Part shown: positions 35,987-47,703 of the stretch, in pieces
How the letters are laid out: every line of letters starts with the position of its first letter
Position numbering within the stretch: position 1 is the first letter of the stretch
Assembly: GCA_035193785.1 (NCBI GenBank)
Contig: CP136572.1
Location: 288,001 to 352,000 of the forward strand
Length of the DNA stretch: 64,000 nucleotides
From: Planktothrix sp. GU0601_MAG3
GTDB lineage: Bacteria; Cyanobacteriota; Cyanobacteriia; Cyanobacteriales; Microcoleaceae
Reading direction: 5' to 3'
The notes under the pieces: model-generated
The model's input: only the letters and a program-made list of their open reading frames with translations
The model's database searches: none
Told to the model about the DNA's origin: nothing
Program-made: the position numbers and the translations under genes

Positions 35987-36244
35987 TCAATCGCCGTAAT
36001 GGGTTTTTGTTCTAATTATCAAGACCACTTTATCGGCTTCTAAAATTTCATAAACAATTCGATCCTTCCGGTTGAGTCGATAAGAATATGATCCCTCTAG
36101 TTTACCTTTAAGGGATTTTCCGAGATAAGGATTTTTAGAGATAACATCTTGCAATATTTTCTTTAACTTTGCCTTTTGCCCAGAGGTCAGTTTCTCAATA
36201 TCTTTTTGAGCAGATTTAGAAAATAAGATTTGATAATCTGCCAT
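35987..36244 (-). CDS. RelE/StbE-family toxin
   Basis: YQILFSKSAQKDIEKL...LKGKLEGSYSYRLNRKDRIVY. Confidence 0.88.
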   Translation of the reverse strand: MADYQILFSKSAQKDIEKLTSGQKAKLKKILQDVISKNPYLGKSLKGKLEGSYSYRLNRKDRIVYEILEADKVVLIIRTKTHYGD

Positions 36245-36248
36245 AGTT

Positions 36249-36501
36249 TTAATCCAGAAGTTGATCCATTGTGAACACTTCGCCCTGTTGATATTCTTGA
36301 CGAGAGGCTTCAATATCAGCAATTAAAGTTTTATCTTGAAGGAGTTCGGCGGTTTCTATCCAGCTTTCTAATTCTTCCTGACTGATGAGAATAAAACTTT
36401 TATTTTCCTGAACAATAACAACTCCTCCAGGTTTCGGTACTGGCTTTTTCTAAAACTTCACTGAAGTTGTTTTTAGCATATTCTCCTGTAACATGATACA
36501 T
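36249..36501 (-). CDS. Phd/YefM-family antitoxin; apparent +1 frameshift at 36431-36435
   Basis: Manual translation MYHVTGEYAKNNFSEVLEKASTEPGGVVIVQENKSFILISQEELESWIETAELLQD...; directly upstream of the toxin. Confidence 0.8.
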
Positions 36502-36619
36502 GGTTTAACCTCTTTGTTAAGTTCATAAATAACGGAAACCGATATTTAACAATATTATGACATACTTTAATTCTAACAAGAGATACTTTCCCCCTTTTTT
36601 TAATGGGGGTTAGGAGGGA

Positions 36620-39295
36620 TCAATTATTAATCACCCAACGGCGAAACAGTTCCACAATGATCCGCCAATGGTTATCAGTTTCTTGAATAACATCATGGCG
36701 AGACAGAGTATCAATGGCATTTTGTAGGGAATTGGGGTCTAAATTTGTAACGGTTTGTAGGGTATTAAAATCGAGTCCGGTGGGGTGGGGTGCGATCGCT
36801 TTTATAATTTGTTGTTGACCGGGTGAACCTTCCCCCGCTTGTTGCCAAACCCCGGTAAAATAATAGCGTCCATTCTGATAGAATTCGGGTTGATTAATAA
36901 TCCCATTAACATCAGTAATAGTAAACATGGGATCTCGGTTATTTCCTAGTTCAAACACTTGATCATTATAGCGACGAACTAATAGAAAACCGATCAGTTG
37001 CACTAAATAGGGTTGTCCGGCGGTTAAATCATAGATATAATCAAGAGCATCGGGTTTATAATCGAGGGGGAAATCTTCACCGGGGTTAGCGAGAAGATAG
37101 CGACAGGTTGCCCGTTCTAAAAAGCTAACGCGGATGGGAATAATACTAGCAAAAAACGGGTTAAAATAGTCTTCGGTCATTTCTTCGAGGGTGTGGAGTC
37201 CGGCTAAAGCAAAGGCTATTTTAGGACTCATTTGCACCATTCCCCGCAATACGCCCATAAAGTCTTTGGGAATGCGATCGCTTTTTATTAATTCTTCGAT
37301 TTGTTCAAATTCATCAAGGGCAATAATTAATCCAGTATCGCCTAATTGGGTTTCAATTTGTTTTAAATACCGTTCAAAAGTACGATAGGGAAGATTGATT
37401 AAGCTTTCATCATCGGGGGGTGGAATTTGCAGGGTGTCTGAGAGGGAATCTGCGATCGCCATTAACACTTCACCGACTCCTTGAATACTATTACCAACGG
37501 TTAGTAAGTTAATATAAGCGAGTTTTACTTTTTCATCTAAACGGGTTGAAATATTCCGCAAAATTGAGGTTTTCCCCATGCGTCGGTGTCCGAACAAAAC
37601 CACCGATTGCAGTTGAGAGGTTGAAACCCATAATTCCTCTAATTGTTTAATAATATCTTCCCGTCCGATAAACTGTTTGCCGATAACTGGATTACCAATA
37701 ATATAGGGATTGATTACTTTTTTAGTTATGGAAATCTTGCCAACTTCTTTTGTTATTCCTAATAAAGCAGATTGCCAATTTTGAGCAATATCAATAATTA
37801 AACCTCGTTCTACTTCGGGTAAAGTCTCTGATTGATCTAAAATCGCTTCAATTTCTCCTTGCGCGCGATTCAGAGCTAAGGAACGAGCAGAACGGGAGGC
37901 ACTATTTTTAATTAGTTTAACATTTTCAAAGACTTGATATAAAGCTTTGATATCTCCCCAAGTTCGTGAACGTAAATAAGGTTCTGGAGGAAGATTAGGT
38001 AATTCTAAAGTTACGATATCCTCAAAGTTTTTAACTTTTTTTAAAATCAGTAAAATTCTTGATAATATTAACATCTCTTCTCCATAGGGAAGAAAGCGTA
38101 CATGATAAAATAATTGACTAGCTTTTTCTGGTTGTCCATTAGATAAATACCAAAAACCACCTATGGCAGCATAGGGTTGAGTAATTAAAGCATCGCTTCT
38201 CTTTTTAAGTTTTAAAATAATTTCTTTTAAAAAAAGTCTGAAAGACCAATATACAAAAATATTATTTAATAAATGATTAGATAATTGACTCGTTCTAAAA
38301 AACATCTGCTCAGGAGGAATTTTATTCAGTGTTTTTCTAATAGCTTCACTGACTGGGATGAACTGGAGAGTATAGTTTAAAACTTGATCCAAATTGTATA
38401 TACCTCCTTCCCAGTCTTGCATCAGCCAACGGTGTAATAAATTATCTAAATTAAAAACTGGTATTAATGTATTGTGAGGACATGGAAAGTCAAATTTTCT
38501 AATAATAAAAGATAGATGTAAAATAAATGAATCCAATCGAAAAAATCCCACTGATAGAATTATTATATTAATCACAATAAAATCCGAAAAACTTTGAAAA
38601 CCACTAAAATATGTTAGTAGCACAGATACAGAAGAAAATGTGCAAAATAAAATAAAAATTTTGTTTATTATGTTAACAAAGATCGCATGATTATTATTAT
38701 CACTTGTTTTTTTTATTTTATCTGGGATTACCAAATATAAATCTCTATATGCAATCATCTTATTATACGTTAATAAAAATATAAACACTAGAACCTTCCA
38801 TAAATGATTTTCTATGATTTTATTATTTATGTTGTAAAAATAATTTAAAGCAAAGAATGTAAAAAACAAAGTTAAAAATGCTGATTCTACGCTAAAAGCT
38901 ATTATAAAAAATAATGATTTGTTAAAAGTAAAAAACCAGGCTGCTAAAAAAAATAATAATGAGCTAATGTAAATTAAACAACCTACATATAGATTGGGGT
39001 TTATATTGGCAATTAATAATAGCGGACATAGTAACAATATAATTAATAATTGTAATATTAACTTTTTAATCTCCTTATTTTTTGAATATTGTTTCCATTC
39101 TTCTTTAAAACTAGCTTTTTCATCAAGGACGACTGGTTGTCCCATAAATTTTTCTATATACCAACGTAAACCTTGAGGAAAGTAAAGTAACCAATACAGC
39201 AAGCGTACATAATCAAGAGGGTTTAAAAGCGATAATGGACGTTTTAGCTTAGGAGCTAAATCCAAACGAGGAACCGGCTTTTTTGCTGAACTCAT
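36620..39295 (-). CDS. Multi-TM membrane protein with C-terminal STAND-like P-loop ATPase and probable wHTH
   Basis: NPYIIGNP, FIGRE, Walker A GHRRMGKTS, Walker B LIIALDEFE, TAGQPYLVQ. Confidence 0.85.
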   Translation of the reverse strand: MSSAKKPVPRLDLAPKLKRPLSLLNPLDYVRLLYWLLYFPQGLRWYIEKFMGQPVVLDEKASFKEEWKQYSKNKEIKKLILQLLIILLLCPLLLIANINPNLYVGCLIYISSLLFFLAAWFFTFNKSLFFIIAFSVESAFLTLFFTFFALNYFYNINNKIIENHLWKVLVFIFLLTYNKMIAYRDLYLVIPDKIKKTSDNNNHAIFVNIINKIFILFCTFSSVSVLLTYFSGFQSFSDFIVINIIILSVGFFRLDSFILHLSFIIRKFDFPCPHNTLIPVFNLDNLLHRWLMQDWEGGIYNLDQVLNYTLQFIPVSEAIRKTLNKIPPEQMFFRTSQLSNHLLNNIFVYWSFRLFLKEIILKLKKRSDALITQPYAAIGGFWYLSNGQPEKASQLFYHVRFLPYGEEMLILSRILLILKKVKNFEDIVTLELPNLPPEPYLRSRTWGDIKALYQVFENVKLIKNSASRSARSLALNRAQGEIEAILDQSETLPEVERGLIIDIAQNWQSALLGITKEVGKISITKKVINPYIIGNPVIGKQFIGREDIIKQLEELWVSTSQLQSVVLFGHRRMGKTSILRNISTRLDEKVKLAYINLLTVGNSIQGVGEVLMAIADSLSDTLQIPPPDDESLINLPYRTFERYLKQIETQLGDTGLIIALDEFEQIEELIKSDRIPKDFMGVLRGMVQMSPKIAFALAGLHTLEEMTEDYFNPFFASIIPIRVSFLERATCRYLLANPGEDFPLDYKPDALDYIYDLTAGQPYLVQLIGFLLVRRYNDQVFELGNNRDPMFTITDVNGIINQPEFYQNGRYYFTGVWQQAGEGSPGQQQIIKAIAPHPTGLDFNTLQTVTNLDPNSLQNAIDTLSRHDVIQETDNHWRIIVELFRRWVINN

Positions 39296-40393
39296 GATAA
39301 TTCCCCCAAGTAACGGTTAAACAGTTGATAACATAACTTCATTAATTTTTGAGGATGGCCTTCACTGTGATTAATTAACTCGGTAATTTCATCTTCAGTA
39401 AAGATAATAGTTTTATATTCTGGTTTCAATAGAGGTGAATTTAGACGACTCGCAATAAAATCACGGATCGTTTGTTTCATCCCATCGGTTTAACTGATAT
39501 TCGCTACAAAGTCCCCACCAGGGCGAAGTCATCCTAATACCTTGACTACCAAATAATTGATCTAAAGACGTGCAAGCTGCAACAACTAGCTTCAGGACTG
39601 CATTATTTCCTTCTGCTAACCCTCGCAAGTCTGCGTGAATATAATTAGTAAAACCGTCCCAGGTCATTTTTTCTACTTCATCCAGAATTAATAACAATCG
39701 ATGATCTTTTAAATTTCGTTTAAGGTAAATACCTGTACAAGTTGTAATTCCAACAGAATCACATAACTCTTGATAAAACTGATCTTGATCATGAATATTT
39801 TGTAAATTAAGATAAATTGGTTCACGAGGTTGTAGCAGTTGAGTTTGAGCTTGTCTGCTAATTTCCATTAATAGCGAAGATTTGCCGATTTGCCTTTCTC
39901 CAATAATTGCAATGCTGCTACCACTATTGAGAGTTTCAAATATTCTTTGAATTTCCTGTGTTCTCCCAAAGAAGAATTGCTCATTATTTATACTTCCATT
40001 GAGAGGTATAAAAGGGTTGTCTACCAGATCACTTTCTATTGAACTATTATTAAATATAGGTTCAGTTTGAATTTGACTGCTATGTTTTCTAGTTGTATAT
40101 TGTTGGTCTAGCCAGTCTAAAACCACTGTAAACTTACCATCACCTGGATTGAGAGCAGCAATCTGAGAACAGATTTTCTCTAATTTATTATAAATTCCTG
40201 TTTTCTGCTTTTTATAATTATTGAGTGAATTTGCTATATCACATCCATAAACTATGTCTGCAATTTGCTGATCATTTTTATTTAAGTTATTTTTTGAAAA
40301 TCTAACTAAAAAAATTTCTATTTCTTTAGCAGAAAGTTGAGTATCAACAGCAACTATTTTTAAAAAATCATCCCACGATAACCCATTCTCCAT
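39292..40393 (-). CDS. Soluble STAND-like P-loop ATPase with N-terminal HTH-like domain; apparent +1 frameshift at 39474-39478
   Basis: NPF, FFGR, GERQIGKSS, LLILDEVE, SEGHPQKL; ATGA overlap with the next ATPase. Confidence 0.82.
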
Positions 40394-40591
40394 TAGTTTA
40401 GACAATTTATCAACAACCTGAGTATAGCAGAGATTCAATATGAAGACTTGGGTAGAAAAATTTTTCTACCCTTGCTTCGTTAGTTTCTACTAACAGGGGG
40501 AAGTTATTGGGGACTGACAAAGTTATGGGAGATGGCTTAAGTTAATTTTATCGAGCAATCAAGATACTGACTTCAGGAGTAAAATAAGATT

Positions 40592-41287
40592 ATGAAAAAT
40601 CAATTTTGGTCTGAAAACCCCCTTCCTTCATATTTTGGTAAACCAACTGGACGCAATGGAATGAAGGGAATTGAGGATCAACGGGGAAATTTTCAACCTA
40701 GCGTTACCCATATTACTGAAGAAACGCGATCGCCTGCTGAAAGAGCAATATTTAGGAATTGGCAGAAAAAACAGACATCAGAATCAAGAGAAGTGACTAA
40801 TTTAGCTTGTCAAATTGGCAAACGGGGACATAAACAAATTGAATATTATTTTAACGGTGATCCTACTCCCTGTCCGGTGATTCTTAAACGCCATTGGGAA
40901 CATCTGGAACCCGTTTTAAAGGAAATTCATAATATTAGATTATTAGAAAGTTATCTTTTCCACCATTATCAAGGATATGGCGGACGGGGTGACTGTGTTG
41001 GACGGTTAAATGATTATCAAGAAAGCGTGATTGAATTTAAGTTTTCTAACTCTGCTAAACCGACAGTTTACCCCGAACAAAAATTACAGGTTGCCGCTTA
41101 TATTGCAGCGTTAAATCGGCAATATGGTCAACCCTATGGCGTTAATATTAATCACGGGATTATTATTACTGCAACTCCCTATGAAGTTAATATTACACCA
41201 ATTGAAGCTCAGGAAGTGATGGAATATTGGGAAAAGTGGAAAGTAAGAGTCGGTCAATTTTGGTCACAAGAACAAAATATTGCTTAG
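40592..41287 (+). CDS. PD-(D/E)XK (RecB-like) nuclease family protein
   Basis: PSVTHI, G..GH, GYGGRGDC, VIEFKFS, QKLQVAAY motifs. Confidence 0.78.
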   Translation: MKNQFWSENPLPSYFGKPTGRNGMKGIEDQRGNFQPSVTHITEETRSPAERAIFRNWQKKQTSESREVTNLACQIGKRGHKQIEYYFNGDPTPCPVILKRHWEHLEPVLKEIHNIRLLESYLFHHYQGYGGRGDCVGRLNDYQESVIEFKFSNSAKPTVYPEQKLQVAAYIAALNRQYGQPYGVNINHGIIITATPYEVNITPIEAQEVMEYWEKWKVRVGQFWSQEQNIA

Positions 41288-41463
41288 TGATATTGTTGAT
41301 AATATCCTAATGCCTCCTATTTCACCAACTTTTAATCCAGTCACCCCTTTAGACGTACAATAGAAGAAATGAACCTAAACACAAATGAGGGGAAATAATT
41401 GTCAGAACTTCCTGACATTTCCCTTCTTTTGTCATGCTGTATCTTAATTGGAGACATTCAACA

Positions 41464-44440
41464 GTGGTTGCACAATACCCTGATACCTACGAAGCCAAAA
41501 CCCTAGAAATTGCTAAACAATTGCTGGCGGCGACTCAAGAGAAAAAGCGCTCCTTGTTTGGACAGTTGCAAGACCAAATGCGCTTAGATGATAAACTCCT
41601 CGACTGGACAATGGCAAACCCGGGTTTACGGGTGCAATTATTTCATTTTATTGACTGTTTGCCTGCGTTGCGGAGTAAATCTGAAATAGCGGCACACCTT
41701 CAGGAATATCTGACAACGGCAGAAGTCGAACTTCCCGATATGTTGAAAAAATTACTCAATTTTGCTAACCCTGACTCCGTGCCCGGACAACTGGCGGCGA
41801 CTACCGTAGCCCCGGCGGTGGAAACCTTAGCTCAAAAATATATTGCTGGGGAAAATATTCCCAAGGTAATTAGAACTTTAGAACAGTTACGCAAAGATAA
41901 AATGGCGTTTACTGTTGATTTATTAGGGGAAGCGGTAATTACTGAAACTGAGGCGCAGTCTTATCTAAATAATTATTTAGAATTGATGGAAAAACTCAGT
42001 GAGGCTGCTAAAAAATGGTCAAATATTCCCCAAATTGATCAAGCCGATGGGAACCCGATTTCTAAAGTTCAAGTTTCGGTTAAATTGACCGCTTTTTATT
42101 CCCAATTTGATCCTTTAGATGCTAAAGGGAGTGAAGAAAAAGTTGGTGAACGCATTCGTATTTTATTACGTCGGGCGCAGGAATTGGGGGCGGCAGTGCA
42201 TTTTGATATGGAACAATACGCCTATAAAGATTTAACCTTCAGCATTTTAAAAAATCTGTTGATGGAATCAGAATTTCGCAACCGGACGGATATTGGGATG
42301 ACGGTGCAAGCCTATTTGCGGGAGTCTCAAAAGGATTTAGAAGGGATTATTGAATGGGCGAAATTACGGGGATATCCGGTGAGTGTGCGCCTGGTAAAAG
42401 GAGCCTATTGGGATCAAGAAACGATTAAATCGATGCAGAATGACTGGCCCCAACCTGTCTATAATGATAAGGCTGCAACGGATGCTAATTTTGAACGGTT
42501 GACCCAATTGATGTTAGAAAATCATCAATATATTTATTCGGCTATTGGTAGTCATAATGTCCGTTCTCAAGCTAGAGCGATCGCGATCGCCGAAACCTTA
42601 AATGTGCCTAGTCGTGCCTTTGAAATGCAGGTATTATATGGCATGGGTGACCAACTGGCTAAGGCTTTAGTTCAGAAAGGATATCGGGTGAGAATGTATT
42701 GCCCCTATGGGGATTTATTACCCGGAATGTCCTATTTAATTCGGCGGTTATTAGAGAATACGGCGAATAGTTCTTTTATCCGTCAAAGTTCAGAAAATCG
42801 CCCGGTTGAGGAGTTATTATCTCCCCCCAAAGATAACCAGAATAGCAATATTTTCGATACCTGGAAACCCGTATTTCCTAATTCAGCCGATACCAATTTT
42901 TCTAATGCTGCTTTACGCGATAAAGGGGTGCGGGCTTTAGAAATTGTCCATAACCAATTGGGACAAACCTATAACCCGTTAATTAATGGTCAATATGTGA
43001 ATACCGCCCAAATGGTGGACTCGGTAAACCCTTCCAACCCTTCGGAAATTGTTGGGAAAGTCGGGTTAATTAGCGTTGAACAGGCGGAAACCGCTATTCA
43101 AGCCGCCAAAGCTGCTTTTCCCAACTGGCGGCATACTCCCGTGCGAGAACGGGCAGGTGTGCTACGCAAAGCCGCCGAACTGTTTGAACAACGGCGGGCG
43201 GAGTTCTCGGCTTGGATGGTGTATGAAGTGGGCAAACCCCTGCATCAGTGCGATGCTGAGGTATCGGAGGCGATTGATTTTTGTCGCTATTATGCCGATG
43301 AGATGGAACGGTTAGATCAGGGCTACCAGTATGATACTGCTGGAGAAACTAACCGTTATAACTATCAACCTCGCGGTATTTCTCTGATTATTTCCCCCTG
43401 GAATTTCCCCCTGGCGATACCCGTGGGCATGACGGTGGCATCTTTGGTAACGGGTAACTGTACGTTACTCAAGCCGGCGGAAGTGTCATCGGTGATCGGC
43501 GCTAAAATTACCCAAGTGTTAGTGGATGCGGGTGTGCCACCTGGCGTGTTCCAATTTGTGCCAGGAAAAGGCTCAACGGTGGGTTCCTACATGGTACAAC
43601 ACCCGGACGTTCACATGATTACCTTCACGGGTTCCCAGGAGGTGGGATGCCGGATTTATGCCGAGGCGGCACTGCTGAAACCCGGACAGAAACACCTAAA
43701 ACGGGTGGTTGCCGAAATGGGTGGCAAAAATGCCGTTATTGTTGATGAAAGTGCCGACCTTGACCAAGCGGTGGCGGGGGTGGTCTATTCTGCCTTTGGC
43801 TATACGGGGCAAAAATGTTCCGCCTGTTCCCGGGTGGTGGTGTTGGAACCTGTTTATCAGGCGTTTGTTAACCGTTTAACGGAGGCAGTACGGTCTTTAA
43901 ATGTGGGGGATGCGGCGTTATTAAGTACGCAGGTTGGCCCGGTGATTGATGCCAATGCTCAACAGAAGATTAAGGAGTATATTGAGATCGGCAAACAGGA
44001 GGCCGAACTTGCCATCCAAGTGGCTGCACCGGAAACCGGTTATTTTGTCGGGCCAACGGTTTTTATTAATGTTTTACCAACGGCAAAAATCGCCCAAGAG
44101 GAAATTTTTGGGCCGGTATTATCGGTGATTAAAGCTAAAACTTTTGAGGAAGCTTTGGATATTGCCAATGGGACTAATTTTGCTTTAACCGGGGGTTTAT
44201 ATTCTCGAACTCCCTCCCATATTAGCAAGGCTAAAGCGGAATTTGAAGTGGGAAATTTGTATATTAACCGAGGTATTACGGGGGCGATTGTTTCCCGTCA
44301 ACCCTTCGGTGGTTTCAAACTTTCCGGTGTCGGTTTCTAAGGCGGGGGGCCCAGATTATTTATTACAATTCTTAGAACCCCGTCACATCACAGAAAATAT
44401 TCAACGTCAAGGTTTTGCCCCCATTGAAGGGATGGAATAA
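41464..44440 (+). CDS. putA: Bifunctional proline dehydrogenase / P5C dehydrogenase; apparent +1 frameshift at 44333-44337
   Basis: DLLGE, VRLVKGAYWD, YLIRRLLEN, EMGGKN, GQKCSACSR, QPFGGFKLSGVGSKAGG. Confidence 0.96.
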
Positions 44441-44557
44441 CCGCACCCTGACCCTCCCCTTACCAAGAGGAGGGAAGAAGATAAGGCGATCGCTCTTTTT
44501 AAGTTAAAGGGCGATCGCGCTATAATTAATATAAGATTATTGAGGAATTGAAAGAAT

Positions 44558-44842
44558 ATGAACCATAAACTCATCGATTCTTTAGTTCAAATAATTTCTT
44601 CATTAACACCAGAAGAAAGACAAAGATTAGAAGAAAAGTTGGCTAGTCAACACTCTTTAATTTTGATTAAAGATGATGCTTGCATTGGAATGGGGAAAGA
44701 TTGTGAGGATTTACAGAATTATAGTGAACCTAATGCTCAAGAATGGCTTCATGCAGTTGCCAACAATCCTGCCTTTGACTTTCTAAAAAACCCGGAAGAA
44801 GATATTTACACCATTACTGATGGAAAGCCGTTTTATGAATAA
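44558..44842 (+). CDS. Putative antitoxin upstream of MazF/PemK
   Basis: Small acidic ORF ending AFDFL..PEEDIY; overlaps the toxin start. Confidence 0.65.
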   Translation: MNHKLIDSLVQIISSLTPEERQRLEEKLASQHSLILIKDDACIGMGKDCEDLQNYSEPNAQEWLHAVANNPAFDFLKNPEEDIYTITDGKPFYE

Positions 44843-45206
44843 AGGTAAAGTTGTATTAGTGCCTTTTCCATTTGATGATTTATCTGCAACAAAAGTCCGT
44901 CCTGCGTTTTGTCTTACTAATCAAATTGGGCAGTATAATCATATTATTCTGGCATTAATTACCAGTACAATTCCAACTAATATAACAGAATTAGATGTTT
45001 TACTAAATACTGATCACCCTGATTTTAATACCTCTGGGTTACACAAACCTTCAACGATCAAGTTAGATTTTGTAGTCACAGTTCGAGCATCTATTCTCTT
45101 GCGTGAACTCGGTCAATTATCCGAAGATACACAAGAGCAAATTACTCAAATCTACAACCGTATAAATACATCTTCTGCAAAATCAACTGTCTTAAAATTA
45201 AAATAA
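44835..45206 (+). CDS. PemK/MazF-family toxin
   Basis: GKVVLVPFPFDDLSATKVRPA, ITS, GLHKPS. Confidence 0.88.
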   Translation: MNKGKVVLVPFPFDDLSATKVRPAFCLTNQIGQYNHIILALITSTIPTNITELDVLLNTDHPDFNTSGLHKPSTIKLDFVVTVRASILLRELGQLSEDTQEQITQIYNRINTSSAKSTVLKLK

Positions 45207-45643
45207 GCATTTTTTTAAAGAGTGCCATTTTTTATAAAGCCGATGCTAGAATAAGGTAAATTAAAGAAGCAAATTGGAGAAGTATAATGGTACAAAGAGC
45301 ATTAATAGCAATTGGGGCAGCTATTGTAGCGCCTCTTGCTGGATTATTGTCATTGGGAGGGATAGGTTTAACAGGTGGCATAACAATAGATATCACCTTA
45401 ATCGCTATTGCTATATACGTCAAGACTAAAGGGTAACAAGATTTGAGTCTAGTAAGTTGGGTTGAACTATAGTGCAACCCAACACCAACACATTAAGAAA
45501 AAAACTATCAACATCCGTATAAATACATAAATTTGCTAATAAAGACTGTATTAAAAGTTAAATCTTAAATTTACTTGACGTTTAGATAGATTATAAATAA
45601 AATATAGATTGACCACCATTGATGATTAACCCGGGGTTTGATT

Positions 45644-46466
45644 ATGAATGCCTTTATAAAATCTGATTTAGAGTCTCTAAAAGACGAACAACTAAAAAAT
45701 ATTTTTAACAACCTTAATCTGATTAATGTTAATATTTTTCCAACTGAGAGGCAGAAAATGATAGATACAATTTACAGTTTTTTGCAAAACCATACCAAGT
45801 CTGTAAAAGGTCTTAAAAAGGTTGATGATCAAGATATTATTGATTGCTGGCAGGGCTACATAACCTCTCTTTTACAAAAAACACAGGAAAAAGATAATAA
45901 TTTAAAGAGAAAAAAAAACCTGATATTATCAGAAATTTATAAGATTGATACAGTCCCAGAAATTAGTGAGCAATTGGCAGCGATCGCACGCAGTATTTTA
46001 CTGTTTGTATTTCAATCATTAGGAGAAAAAGAGCAAGAACAATTAATCCAAAAAATTCAAGAGGAAACTTCAGTAAAATCTCATTTTAAGCTAACGGATG
46101 AAATATTAAATAAAGCTATGATAGAAGCTATTTTAGGTGGTGCTACCCCAGTGGCTTTAGGTGCTGCACTACCAATAGTAGCTGGTTTGTTATTTAACTA
46201 TTTATCAACGGGTTTCTTATTTACTGTTGTACTACCAACCATTTTAGGTGTATTAGGCATAAAATTGGCTGTATTTACAGGGGCTTTAACATTTATATCA
46301 GGCCCGATTGGATGGGGAATTGCTGGTGGTGTTGGTTTGGTTGCAACATTATTAGCAGGTTTCTAAGTTTTTTAAGCAAAGAGATGAAGTATTATTGATA
46401 ATGACGATACTTTCTATTTATACTTGCACCTATCAAAATCAAATGCCCACATTACCAGGAAATTAA
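45644..46466 (+). CDS. Hypothetical membrane protein with Gly-zipper-like C-terminus (YaaW-like); apparent +1 frameshift at 46359-46363
   Basis: Hydrophobic C-half with SGPIGWGIAGG; removing one T extends the frame to TAA 46464-46466, 4 nt before the next ATG. Confidence 0.65.
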
Positions 46467-46470
46467 TAAT

Positions 46471-47427
46471 ATGAATAATATGTATGACCAGCTTTTAAAA
46501 CAATTTCCTCAACTGAATGATTTAGGAGAGGTAACGATTAATTTTGCCAGTGGTATTGCTAGAAATACTGCTACTAAGGAAATTATTGCTCACGCCGAGC
46601 AAATCTTAGCTTGTAGTGATGTGGCGACCTACGCGGAAATTGTACTATCGTCTGCTGGGACTATTATTGTTAACTCGATTGATATCAAAAAAACCTTGAA
46701 TCTTGTTAAACAAATTCATAGTTTATCTGGGATTAATATTGCTCTATCAGGAATGAATTTAGGCGTTAATCTAGTTGGTTATTATCTGATTAGCTCCAAG
46801 TTAGAAAACCTTGATAAACAATTATTTATTGTTCAAAATCAAATAGAAAGATTAATCAAAAATGAACAGCGTAAACTTTTATCCGAGAGTAAACTATTAA
46901 TCAAAAATTCATTAACCTTGATTCAGCTTTTAGAAGATTATGGGCTAAGTGAAAATACAGCTTTAAGCATAGAACTATTATTAGATAGACAGGAAAATCA
47001 TCTAAGAGAATTAATTAGCCTTCACAACAATCGGGATCAAATTAGTTTATCCCTAGATCAGATTTACATTATCTACTCAGCTTATATAAATTTATTCAAA
47101 GCTTATCTGACAGCGATTTACTTAAAACAGAAAAATCTAACTAAACAGAAAAATCGGATTCAAGAAGCTCGTGAAATTAATAATCTTTTATCATCTAAAG
47201 CCATTGTATATTTTATTTATCAAGAATGTTTATTTAATCCTCGAAGAATTTTAACTGAGTCAGAGATACAGGAGGTTATTACTTTGTATCAATTATATTG
47301 CCAGAGTTATGTTGATAATCTCAAAAATCATTATAGTTTTTTAATTAAAACTCCCTTGGATAAGTATCAAGATTTTCAGCAAAAAACCAATAATGCTTAT
47401 CAGCCTATGATTTGGATTAAGCATTGA
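46471..47427 (+). CDS. Hypothetical helical/coiled-coil protein
   Basis: 318-aa AT-rich ORF; hydrophobic LSGMNLGVNLVGYYLI followed by heptads. Confidence 0.7.
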   Translation: MNNMYDQLLKQFPQLNDLGEVTINFASGIARNTATKEIIAHAEQILACSDVATYAEIVLSSAGTIIVNSIDIKKTLNLVKQIHSLSGINIALSGMNLGVNLVGYYLISSKLENLDKQLFIVQNQIERLIKNEQRKLLSESKLLIKNSLTLIQLLEDYGLSENTALSIELLLDRQENHLRELISLHNNRDQISLSLDQIYIIYSAYINLFKAYLTAIYLKQKNLTKQKNRIQEAREINNLLSSKAIVYFIYQECLFNPRRILTESEIQEVITLYQLYCQSYVDNLKNHYSFLIKTPLDKYQDFQQKTNNAYQPMIWIKH

Positions 47428-47703
47428 GTTATTGCACAAACACAATAACGATTAACCTTTAACCTGTTTATGATTATGTTTCTTTCAAACTGATCGAAAT
47501 TTGAAACTCTAAAGCATTTAAAACTTCAACAAAATTACAAATTAGCGTGTTCAGTTTTTAATCAAAGAATAGTTAAAATTGTTGAATACAAGCGTAAATC
47601 TGAGCAGAATTGCTTTATTGTAACCATGCAATCAAATTTTCTATGATATAATGCCAATAAAATCCTCAGTAGTGATGACCCCAAAAAACCAGAAAATTAA
47701 CTG

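Noticed and set aside
45209..45477. Hydrophobic 49-aa ORF 45287..45436 (+) and antisense ORF 45232..45477
   Set aside because: An in-frame stop just upstream suggests a decayed fragment of a Gly-zipper membrane gene; too little support to call.
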